Of a DNA stretch of 64,000 bases, positions 38,438 through 47,458 are shown piece by piece (within the stretch, counting starts at the first letter, position 1; the number at the start of each line of letters is the position of its first letter). The stretch comes from Candidatus Eiseniibacteriota bacterium (GTDB taxonomy: Bacteria; Eisenbacteria; RBG-16-71-46). A program made the position numbers and the translations under genes. The notes beneath the pieces are model-generated. The model saw nothing but the letters and a program-made list of their open reading frames with translations. It did not search any database and had not been told where the DNA came from. The stretch spans positions 1 through 64,000 of the forward strand of contig CAVQXP010000001.1 in NCBI GenBank assembly GCA_963717935.1, read 5' to 3'.

Positions 38438-39442
38438 TCCGCATGGCCATCGCACGCGCGGTGCTCCGCGAGGACCTGCCGCGGGAGCTGGCGCGCGCCA
38501 GCATGGAGCAGATCCTCGACGGCGACGCCACGCCGGCGCAGATCGGCGCCCTCGCCGTGGCCCTGCGCATGAAGGGCGAGACTCCCGACGGAGATCGCCA
38601 GCATGGCCGAGGCGATGCGCGAGCGCGTGCCACCCATCCGCACCAAGCGCGCGCCGCTGCTCGACACCTGCGGCACCGGCGGCGACAACGCCGGCACGTT
38701 CAACATCTCGACCACCTCGGCCATCGTGGTGGCGTCGTGCGGCGTGGCGGTGGCCAAGCACGGCAACCGCGCGGTCTCGAGCCGCACCGGGAGCGCCGAC
38801 GTGCTCGAGGCCCTGGGCGTGGGCCTCGATCTGACCCCGGAGAGCGCCGCGCGCTCGCTCGACCTGCTGGGCATCACGTTCCTGTTCGCGCCCAACTACC
38901 ACGCCGCGCTGCGCCACGCCGCGGGGCCGCGTCGCGAGGTCGGCATCCGCACGATCCTCGACCTGCTCGGCCCGCTCACCAACCCGGCCGGCGCGCGGCG
39001 GCAGCTGATCGGCGTCTTCTCCGACCGTCTGGTGCGCCGCATCGCCGAGGTCCTGAAGATCCTCGGCAGCGAGCGGGCCTGGGTCGTGCACGGCCTCGAC
39101 GGACTGGACGAGCTGACGGTGCGGGGACGCTCTCACGTCGCCGAGCTGGACCGCGGCCAGATCCGCGAATTCGAGGTGGACCCCGGGCCCCTGGGTCTCG
39201 CGCACGCCGAGCGCAGTGGCCTCGAGGGCGGGGACGCGGCCGCCAACGCCGTGCGGATCCGCGCCGTGCTGGCGGGGGAGAAGGGGCCGGCGCGCGACAT
39301 CGTCGCGCTCAACGCGGGTGGCGCGCTGGTCGTGGCCGGCGTGGTGGGGGATCTCGCCGGGGGCGTGGCGCAGGCCCAGGAGGCGATCGACAGCGGGCGT
39401 GCCGCGCGCAAGCTCGACGACCTCACGGCCTTCCGGGACTGA
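38434..39442 (+). CDS. trpD: Anthranilate phosphoribosyltransferase; 1-nt frameshift near 38590
   Basis: GGAGGT SD plus GTG; LRMKGET; DTCGTGGD, FNISTTSA, KHGNRAVSSRTGSADVLE, GPLTNP, DGLDE. Confidence 0.9.
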
Positions 39443-39466
39443 CCTTCATCCGAGAGGGGGCCGGAC

Positions 39467-40105
39467 ATGTTCTGCATCCGCTGCGGCGCCAACCTGCCCG
39501 AAGACGCGGCATTCTGTGCATCCTGCGGAGCCCCCGTCACCAGCGGCACGGCCGCGGCCGCGGCGGCCTCACCGCCGCCCGGCGCGGTCTCCGGGCCCTG
39601 GGCGGCCGTTCCGGCCGAACTGCCCGCGGTCCGCGCGACACGGGACTACAGCGGTTTCTGGCGCCGCTTCTGGGGCCATGTGATCGACCGCTTCATCCTC
39701 GGCGTGGTGTTCGTGCCCGTGAGCTTCATGGTCCTCGTGCCGATGATGGCCACCGAATCGGCCGGATGGACGGACACCGATCTGCCGGCCGAGGCGATCA
39801 CCGCGCTCCTGGGGGCCATCCTCGCCGTGGCATTCTTCGAGCTGTTGGGCAGCTGGCTCTACAGCGCGCTCCTGCAGAGTTCGTCGAGGCAGGCCACGCT
39901 CGGCCAGCTCGCGCTCGGCATCCACGTCACGGATCTCGAGGGACGGCGTGTCTCCTTCGCCCGCGCGAGCGGGCGCCACTTCGCGACCGTGCTCACCGGC
40001 CTCACCTTCGGCATCGGCTACCTCATCATGCTCTTCACGACGAGGAAGCAGACCCTGCACGACCTGATCGGCGGCACCGTCGTCGTGCGAACCGATCCCG
40101 CGTGA
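39467..40105 (+). CDS. RDD family membrane protein with N-terminal zinc ribbon
   Basis: MFCIRCG...FCASCG; YSGFWRRF...ID; QATLG; KQTLHDLIGGTVVV. Confidence 0.9.
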   Translation: MFCIRCGANLPEDAAFCASCGAPVTSGTAAAAAASPPPGAVSGPWAAVPAELPAVRATRDYSGFWRRFWGHVIDRFILGVVFVPVSFMVLVPMMATESAGWTDTDLPAEAITALLGAILAVAFFELLGSWLYSALLQSSSRQATLGQLALGIHVTDLEGRRVSFARASGRHFATVLTGLTFGIGYLIMLFTTRKQTLHDLIGGTVVVRTDPA

Positions 40106-41712
40106 GCCGCGGGCGCCTCCCTGTTGGTGCTCCCGCCCGCGAACCCCGCCTGAGCGCGGCAGGCGGCACGGCGCGGCGCGAGGTCCTCGTGGACCTGGTC
40201 GCGATCCTCGGCGCGTGGGTCGTCTTCGCCTTCGCCCTCGGACGCGGCTCCCTGGTCACCGCCTACGACGTCTTCCGCGACATGTCCTATGCGCAGGCCA
40301 TCCTCCAGGGGCACCTCTCGCAGGACCCCTCGATCCCGGGCTTTCGCGCGTGGTATCCGCCGGGGAACCCGCTCACCTTCGCGGGGCTGGCGACCCTGAC
40401 GCGGATCTCACCGGTGGATCTCTACGCGACCAGCCTCTACTGGCTCGGCTGGATCAATCCGGTTGCCCTCTATCTTCTGGTGCGCTCCCGTTGGGGCCGC
40501 GCCACGGCGCTTGTGTCCCTGGCCACCGTCCTCCTCGGTTCGTTCTGGTGGTTCACCCACATGGCCATGCCGATGGCGAGCATCCAGGGCGTCGCGCTGG
40601 GCCTGCTCGCCCTGCTCGCCTGGACGACCGATCGCGGCCGCGGGTTCCGCCGCGCGGCCCTCACGGGCGTGCTCCTGGCGCTGGCGATCTGGCACCATCC
40701 GATCTGCGGAGCGCTGGCGATGGGCAGCATCGTCGTACACGGAGCGGTCGCCGCGTTGCTCCCGGCGAACCGTGGCGACCCGGTCGCGTCCCGCTTCGAA
40801 CTCGCGAAGAGGGCCGCGCTGGCCAGCGCCGTGGGCCTCCTGCTCGCCGCACCGCTGCTCCTGGGCCAACTCGGCCTGTCCCGGACGAACGCGGCGCCGC
40901 ACCACTGGTTCGCGCCCGAACTCCACGACCCGCGCTTCGCGTTCCACCTGCATGCGCCGCTGATCGTGCCGCTCGGCCTCGTCGGGCTGTGGCTCGCTGC
41001 GCGCCGCTGGCGCGAGGAGGGCTGGCTCGTGGCCTATTTCGGCATCGGGCTCGCCGGGCAGATCGCCGGATACCTCGGCCATGACGCCGGATGGGGGATC
41101 CCCTGGGCGCTGCCGCACGAGTTCCAGTGGCACGAGCAACTCGCCCTGATGGTCGCAGCGGCCATCGCCACCGTCCGGCTTGCCACCTGGCTCGCCGCCG
41201 GCGTGCGGGGCGCACGGCGGGACCTGGCGCGTCGAGCCGGCATCGCCACGCTCCTCGCGCTGAGCACGGGACCCGCCCTGTTCAACCTGCCGCTCGCGAG
41301 TTCCTATCTGATGCGGCTCGACGAGCGTTGGCAGGCCTCGCTGGCGACGGCCCGCTGGATCCGCGCGAACACGCCCCTCGAGGCCGTGTTCGCGTGCCCG
41401 CCGGAGACGGGCTACTTCCTCTCCGGGCTCACCGGGCGCCGCTGCCTCGCACTGCCTCCCGGGCACATGAATCCCGCACTCGACGCGGAGGCACGTTACG
41501 CCGACGTGGCCGAGCTGTTGAACACGCCCGACGAGGAAGTCTTCCGGCGCCTGGCGGCGCGGTACGGTGCCACGCATCTTCTCGTCACGCCCGCGCCGCG
41601 CTTCCTGGCCCGCGCCCGGGAGACCTACGCCCGCTGGCGGTGTCTCGAGCCCGCCGGTCTCGCGGACAGCACGGTGCTCCTCTATCGCATCCGGCGGCCC
41701 ACGGGCCGCTGA
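40102..41712 (+). CDS. Multi-pass membrane protein, probable GT-C fold glycosyltransferase
   Basis: GTGA overlap start; about 11 TM segments; first loop 'D..RD...A..I..G....DP...G...WYPPG'; C-terminal 'ARWIRANTP..AVF' periplasmic domain. Confidence 0.6.
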   Translation: MSRGRLPVGAPAREPRLSAAGGTARREVLVDLVAILGAWVVFAFALGRGSLVTAYDVFRDMSYAQAILQGHLSQDPSIPGFRAWYPPGNPLTFAGLATLTRISPVDLYATSLYWLGWINPVALYLLVRSRWGRATALVSLATVLLGSFWWFTHMAMPMASIQGVALGLLALLAWTTDRGRGFRRAALTGVLLALAIWHHPICGALAMGSIVVHGAVAALLPANRGDPVASRFELAKRAALASAVGLLLAAPLLLGQLGLSRTNAAPHHWFAPELHDPRFAFHLHAPLIVPLGLVGLWLAARRWREEGWLVAYFGIGLAGQIAGYLGHDAGWGIPWALPHEFQWHEQLALMVAAAIATVRLATWLAAGVRGARRDLARRAGIATLLALSTGPALFNLPLASSYLMRLDERWQASLATARWIRANTPLEAVFACPPETGYFLSGLTGRRCLALPPGHMNPALDAEARYADVAELLNTPDEEVFRRLAARYGATHLLVTPAPRFLARARETYARWRCLEPAGLADSTVLLYRIRRPTGR

Positions 41713-41814
41713 GCGACGCCGGGTGGGCCGGGCGGGCGCAGAGGGCACGCCACCTGGCCGCCTGCGCGCGCGTTCAGGGCCCGCCGCCCGGACCCGTTCC
41801 GACGCGCCCTCCGC

Positions 41815-41843
41815 GTGACGGAGCCTGCCCGCTGTGCTATAAA
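41815..41843 (+). promoter_or_regulatory. Sigma70 promoter for tRNA-Arg
   Basis: GTGACG-N17-TATAAA with extended -10 TG. Confidence 0.6.
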
Positions 41844-41853
41844 AGCTCGTTGC

Positions 41854-41930
<77 letters not shown>

Positions 41931-41945
41931 CCTCTTCCGCCCCCC

Positions 41946-43012
41946 ATGCCAGACGTCCCGCCCGTGACCCCCGAACCCGATCCGGAAGCTCCCGGCCTGC
42001 GCGTCTTCCCGGCCGCCCGCGATCACGCCGTCCGCGAGCTGGCGGGCATGTTCGACGACGTCTCCGGCCGCTACGACCTGCTGAACTCGATGATGACGCT
42101 CGGGCAGGACCGCGCCTGGCGCGCGGCCATGTGGCGCGCCGTGCCGGAGACCGCGGGCGTCGTGCTCGACCTGTGCACCGGCACCGGCGTCTCGCTCGAC
42201 GGACTGCGGCGCCCCGGCCGCGTCCTGCTGGGCGTGGACGCGAGCCTCCGCATGCTGGAACTCGCCGCGGACGAACATGGGCCGTGGGGCTGGGCCCCGC
42301 GCCTCGCCTGCGCCGATGCCTTCCGGCTGCCGTTCCGCGACGGCGCGCTCGACGCGGTCACGATCGCCTTCGGCATGCGCAACCTGCGCCCGCGGGCCGG
42401 GGCCCTGGCGGAGCTGGCCCGCGTGCTCGCACCCGGCGGCACGCTCGTGGTGCTCGAGGCCACGGCGCCCCGGCCGGGCCCGCTCGCGCCCCTGCACCGA
42501 TTCTACGCGCGCCGCGTCATCCCGCTCCTGGGCCGGCTCTCGCCGGACCCCGTGGCCTACCGCTACCTGAGCGAGTCCATCTTCGACTTCGGCGCGGGGG
42601 AGGAGTTCGAGCACGATCTCACCGCGGGCGGCTTCGAAATCGTCGAACGTCAGGCGTATCATGTTCGGTGCAGCCCGCTTGTGGGCCGCCCAGAGGCTGG
42701 CCGGGGGGGACGGCGGGACGTTGCGAAACGCCCGGTCCAGGGCCGCTGGTCGGGGCAATTTCACGCAGGGTGGCCGTCCCTGGGAACAGGAGTGGCGCTG
42801 GTGGACGTTCGCTCACGCGATCGTCTCCGCGATCCTGACCGGGAGCCTGGTCTGGGCCCTGGTCACCTGGGTCAAATGGCGGTCCGCCATCCACTTGGAA
42901 CCCTGGCAGGATCGCATTCTCTGGCTTCTCATCCTCGTCGGCCTGGCCGGATTCGCCCTCCGGACCCTTGCCCTGCTCCTGCGATTGCTCGGCCCGCCTC
43001 CCCGCCGCCTGA
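41946..43012 (+). CDS. ubiE: UbiE/MenG C-methyltransferase, apparently with a C-terminal 2-TM extension; frameshift near 42660, 3' end uncertain
   Basis: MFDDVSGRYDLLNSMMTLGQDRAWR, VLDLCTGTG, IAFGMRN, AYRYLSESI; continues as MFGAARLW in the next frame. Confidence 0.75.
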
Positions 43013-43026
43013 CCCGATGGGCATGG

Positions 43027-43041
43027 TGGCACACGCGTTGC
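43027..43041 (+). promoter_or_regulatory. Sigma54 (-24/-12) promoter
   Basis: TGGCAC-ACGCG-TTGC, exact GG-N10-GC spacing, about 145 nt upstream of the GGDEF gene. Confidence 0.7.
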
Positions 43042-43187
43042 GTGTTCCCAGCGGATTCTGACCCAATCGCCGAGGCCGGGGACGTCCTGGCCTCGCGGAC
43101 CTGTGTGCGGGGCAAGCCGCCCCGTCGCAGGCGCCCGGACACCGCGGGCGGGGGTCAGCAGATCGGCCCATGCTCCGGGAGCCTCCG

Positions 43188-44216
43188 ATGCTGTCGCGAG
43201 AGAAAGCCCTCGACGAACTGATCGACCTCACAGGCAGCCCGGAGGTGAACACGCGCGCCGGGCTGCTCCAGCGCGTGCTCCAGACCGCACTGAGCCTGGT
43301 GGAGGCCGACGGCACGACGCTCGTGGCACCGCACCAGGGCCGTCTCGACCGCCTGGCGGTCACCCTGGACCACTACGAAGCGCCGCTCCAGGAGACGCCC
43401 CGGCGCAGCAGCGAGTTCACTCGCCTGCTCGTGCACGTGAGCCGGCCACTGAGCATCCCGGATCTCGCCGCCGACTCGCGCGTGGAGGTCGACGACGCCT
43501 GCCCGGGCGTGGACGCGGGCCCCGCACTGTTCGTGCCGATGCGCCGCCGCGAGCACACCTCCGGCTACCTGGCCGCCTTCCGGTCACGCGGCGCCGCGGT
43601 CTTCTCGCCCACGGACGCGCGCCAGCTCTCGCTGCTCGCCGCCTGGACGGCGATGGCGCTCGAGAACCTGCGCCTCTCCGAGAGCGTCGAGAAGCTCGCA
43701 GTCACCGACGACCTGACCCAGGTCTACAACTACCGCTTCCTCAAGATGGCGCTGAAGCGCGAGCTGAAGCGCGCGATGCGGTTCGGGCAGGAACTGGGAC
43801 TCGTCATGCTCGACGTCGACAACCTGAAGGGCTACAACGACCGCAACGGGCACCTGCGCGGCTCCTACCTGCTGCGGGAGATGGCCGCGCTGCTCGCGCG
43901 GCAGGTGCGCTCCTTCGATCTCATCGCCAAGTACGGCGGGGACGAGTTCACGCTCATCCTGCCGCAGACCGGGATCGAGGGGTCGGTGGCGGTGGCCGAA
44001 CGCATGCGCCGAGCGGTGGAGGAGCACGCGTTCCCGCTGGAGGACGCCGGCGTCATCACCATCAGCCTGGGCGTGGCGATCTGCCCGCAGGACGCCGAGG
44101 ACGGCCAGACGCTCATCCGGACGGCCGACCAGGCCCTCTACGTGGCGAAGCGCCAGGGCAGGAACCGGGTACTGACGTACCGGGACGTGGCGAACCAGGC
44201 AGGCGCGCTGCGTTGA
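43188..44216 (+). CDS. GAF-GGDEF diguanylate cyclase
   Basis: TDDLTQVYN, DVDNLKGYNDRNGH, RSFD I-site (RxxD), YGGDEF, ADQALYVAK..GRNR. Confidence 0.93.
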   Translation: MLSREKALDELIDLTGSPEVNTRAGLLQRVLQTALSLVEADGTTLVAPHQGRLDRLAVTLDHYEAPLQETPRRSSEFTRLLVHVSRPLSIPDLAADSRVEVDDACPGVDAGPALFVPMRRREHTSGYLAAFRSRGAAVFSPTDARQLSLLAAWTAMALENLRLSESVEKLAVTDDLTQVYNYRFLKMALKRELKRAMRFGQELGLVMLDVDNLKGYNDRNGHLRGSYLLREMAALLARQVRSFDLIAKYGGDEFTLILPQTGIEGSVAVAERMRRAVEEHAFPLEDAGVITISLGVAICPQDAEDGQTLIRTADQALYVAKRQGRNRVLTYRDVANQAGALR

Positions 44217-44321
44217 CCCTCACGAGCGGAGAGTAAGTAGACTGGCCGACCGCGTCGTGATGGCAGGGGCGCACGCGGGCGCAACGAACCCGGTTCCATG
44301 ACATCGAGAGGAAGGAACCCG

Positions 44322-45360
44322 ATGGCGGACAGTGTCGGCATCGCGGTGGTGGGCACCGGCGATTGGGGCGCCAATCTCGTGCGCAACTTCGCCAGCCTGC
44401 CGGGCAGCCGGCTCGGCGGCCCTGCACGACAACGATGCCCAGCGCCTGAGGAAGTCCGCGGCCCAGTACCCCGAGGCCCGCGCCGTGGCCTCGCTGGAGG
44501 AGCTGGCCGCGCGGCCGGACGTGCAGGGGGTGGTCGTGGCCGCCTCGGCCGTGAGCCACTACACCCTGGCCAGGACCCTGCTCGAGGCCGGTAAGGACGT
44601 GTTCGTCGAGAAGCCCCTGGCCCTGAGCGTGGCCCACGCCGAGGAACTGGTGCGGATCGCCCGCGAGCGCGGGCGCATCCTCATGGTCGGCCACCTGCTG
44701 CTGTACCACCCGGCCGTCCGCTACCTCAAGGACATGGTCGAGCGCGGGGAGCTCGGCGACCTGTTCTACATCTACTCCCAGCGCGTCAACCTGGGGAAGG
44801 TGCGGCGCGACGAGAACGCGCTCTGGAGCTTCGCCCCCCACGATCTGTCGGTGGTCCTGCACCTGCTGGGCATGGAGCCCATCGACGTCGTGGCGCGCGG
44901 CTCGGCCTTCCTGCAGGGCGCGGTCGAGGACGTGGTGTTCGTGGACCTGCGCTTCCCGGACGGCAAGCTGGCCCACGTCCACGTGTCCTGGCTCGACCCC
45001 CACAAGCTGCGCAAGTTCACCGTCGTCGGCAGCCGGAAGATGGTGGTCTTCGACGACATGGAAGCCAGCGAGAAGGTCAGGATCTACGACAAGGGCGTGG
45101 ACCGCGCGGGCGAGGTCGTGTCGTACGGCGACGCGCTCACCGTCCGCAGCGGCGACATCCTCATCCCCAGGATCTCGCTGCAGGAGCCGCTGCGGCTGGA
45201 GTGCCAGCATTTCGTCGACTGCGTGCGCGACCACAGGCGCCGCTCACCGACGGGACGGGCGGCCTGCAGGTGGTGCGCGTGCTCGCCGCCGCACAGGCCT
45301 CGCTCGAGCAGGGCGGCATACCCGTACGCCTGGCGCCCGGCCGGGCAGGAGGCATCATGA
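44322..45360 (+). CDS. Gfo/Idh/MocA oxidoreductase (WlbA/WbpB/GnnA-like); frameshifted
   Basis: VVGTGDWGANLVRNF, VFVEKPL, MVGH, SFAPHD, VSWLDPHK; frame breaks near 44415, 45240 and 45338. Confidence 0.85.
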
Positions 45361-46116
45361 CCAGCGTCGTCCATCCAAGCGCCGTGCTCGGCGCCGGCAC
45401 CACGATGGGAGAGGGCTGCATCATCGGGGCGAACGTTCGACTCGGGACCGGCTGCCGGCTCGGGCATCACGTCGTGATCCACGAGGGCACGGTGATCGGC
45501 AACGACGTGCGCGTGGACGACCACGCCTCGCTGGGCAAGCTGCCGATGAAGGCGGCCAACTCGGCGACCACCACGGAGCAGGAGCTGCCGCCGCTCACGC
45601 TGGGCGACACCTGCATCGTCGGCACCGGGGTGGTGCTCTACCGCGGTGCCACGATCGACGCCGCGCGTGCTGATCGCCGACCTGGCCACCGTGCGCGAGA
45701 ACGTCACCGTCGGACGCGGCACCATCGTCGGGCGCGGCGTGACGGTCGAGAACGTCTGCACCATCGGCCGCTACTGCAAGCTCGAGAGCGAGTCCTACAT
45801 CACCGCCTACTCGACGCTCGAGGACCGCGTGTTCGTCGCCCCCGGCGTGATGTGCTCGAACGACAACTACGTCGGGCGCACGGCCGAGCGCTTCAAGCAC
45901 TTCAAGGGCCTGACCGTGAAGAAGGGCGCGCGCCTGGGCGTCGGGACGGTGTACCTGCCCGGCGTGACCATCGGCGAGGATGCGCTGGTGGCGGCCGGTT
46001 CGGTCGTCTCGCGCGATATCCCGCCCCGCATGATCGCGATGGGCCGGCCGGCCAAGCCGTGGCGGCCGGTGCCGGTCGAACAGTTGCTCGAGAACCAGGG
46101 CTGGGTGGACTCCTAG
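45357..46116 (+). CDS. Hexapeptide-repeat N-acetyltransferase (WlbB/WbpD-like); frameshift near 45662
   Basis: Left-handed beta-helix hexapeptides; VFVAPGVMCSND; AGSVVSRDIP...GRPA. Confidence 0.85.
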
Positions 46117-46171
46117 TCGGACGGACGGAAGAAAGGACGGAGGAATGGGCGGGGAACTCACGAAGGGCACG

Positions 46172-47275
46172 ATGACCGTGCCGTTGCTGGACCTCAAGGC
46201 ACAGTACGAGACCATCCGCTCGGACGTGGATGCCGCGGTGCGTGGTGTCATGGAGACCGCCCGCTTCATCGGCGGCCCCGAGGTGAGCGGCCTGGAGCAG
46301 GAGGTGGCGCGCTACTCGCAGTGCGCCCACGCCGTGGGCTGCGCGTCGGGCACCGACGCCCTGCTGCTGTCGCTCTGGGCGCTCGGCGTCGGTCCGGGCG
46401 ACGAGGTCATCACCAGCGCGTACTCGTTCTTCGCCAGCGCCGGGGTCATCGCCAACAATGGCGCCACGCCGGTGTTCGTGGACATCGACCCGCGCACCTA
46501 CAACCTGGACCCCCTCAAGCTCGAGGCCGCCTTCACGCCCCGCACCAAGGCCGTGATCGCGGTCTCGCTCTACGGCCAGTGCTGTGACGTCCCGGCCATC
46601 AAGGCGGTCTGCGACCGGCACCAGGCCTTCCTCGTCGAGGACGCCGCCCAGTCCATCGGCTCGGAATGGGAGGGGAAGCGCTCGGGCTCGATGAGCGACT
46701 TCGGCGGCTTCTCGTTCTTCCCCTCGAAGAACCTCGGCGGGGCAGGCGACGGCGGCATGGTGGTCGCGCAGAGCCAGGAGTTCGCCGACCGCGTCAGGTT
46801 GCTGCGCGAGCACGGCTCCAAGCCCAAGTACTACCACTCGCTGGTGGGCACCAACTCGCGGCTCGACGCGCTGCAGGCGGCGATCCTGCGGGTCAAGCTC
46901 AGGCATCTGGACCGCTGGAGCGAGGGCCGGGCGCGCAACGCGGCGCTCTACAACGGCCTCTTCGAGGGCTCGCGCGTGGTGCGGCCCCATCACGACCCGC
47001 GCACCCGCCACATCTACAACCAGTACGTGATCCGCGTCCCGAAGCGGGACGAACTGCGGAAGTTCCTGAGCGAGCGGACGATCGGCAACGAGGTCTACTA
47101 CCCCGTGCCGCTCCATCTGCAGAAGTGCTTCGACTCCCTCGGCTACAAGGAGGGCGACATGCCCAACGCGGAAGCGGCCGCGACGGAGACCATCGCCCTG
47201 CCGATCTATCCGGAACTGACGGAAGAGCAGATCCGCTACGTGGCCGCCACGGTCCGGGAGTTCGTGGACTCGTAA
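46172..47275 (+). CDS. DegT/DnrJ/EryC1/StrS aminotransferase (WlbC/WbpE/GnnB-like)
   Basis: SGTDAL, EDAAQS, SFFPSKNLG..GDGG (PLP Lys), NSRLDALQAA, YYPVPLHLQ. Confidence 0.93.
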   Translation: MTVPLLDLKAQYETIRSDVDAAVRGVMETARFIGGPEVSGLEQEVARYSQCAHAVGCASGTDALLLSLWALGVGPGDEVITSAYSFFASAGVIANNGATPVFVDIDPRTYNLDPLKLEAAFTPRTKAVIAVSLYGQCCDVPAIKAVCDRHQAFLVEDAAQSIGSEWEGKRSGSMSDFGGFSFFPSKNLGGAGDGGMVVAQSQEFADRVRLLREHGSKPKYYHSLVGTNSRLDALQAAILRVKLRHLDRWSEGRARNAALYNGLFEGSRVVRPHHDPRTRHIYNQYVIRVPKRDELRKFLSERTIGNEVYYPVPLHLQKCFDSLGYKEGDMPNAEAAATETIALPIYPELTEEQIRYVAATVREFVDS

Positions 47276-47458
47276 CGACCTTCGCTTTCCCGGCGCGTCC
47301 CGGCTCCCCGCCCTGAGCCAACGCGACCGGCCAGAGACCACCAGCCGCACCGGCCGAGCCTCGAGGCCGGGGCGGAGCGCCGGCACGCGGGCGTTCACCG
47401 CGCACCCACCCCAGGTGGGTCGCGGGCCGCCCGCCGGCCGGCCGGTGCGGCCCATCTC

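Noticed and set aside
38398..41712. 1104-aa ORF in the track
   Set aside because: Chimera of the TrpD N-terminus, off-frame sequence over trpD/RDD and the GT-C gene, caused by an indel and the scarcity of stops in high-GC DNA
45201..46175. Apparent oxidoreductase-acetyltransferase fusion
   Set aside because: GGAGG SD plus ATGA overlap at 45357-45360 and nearby indels favour two separate genes
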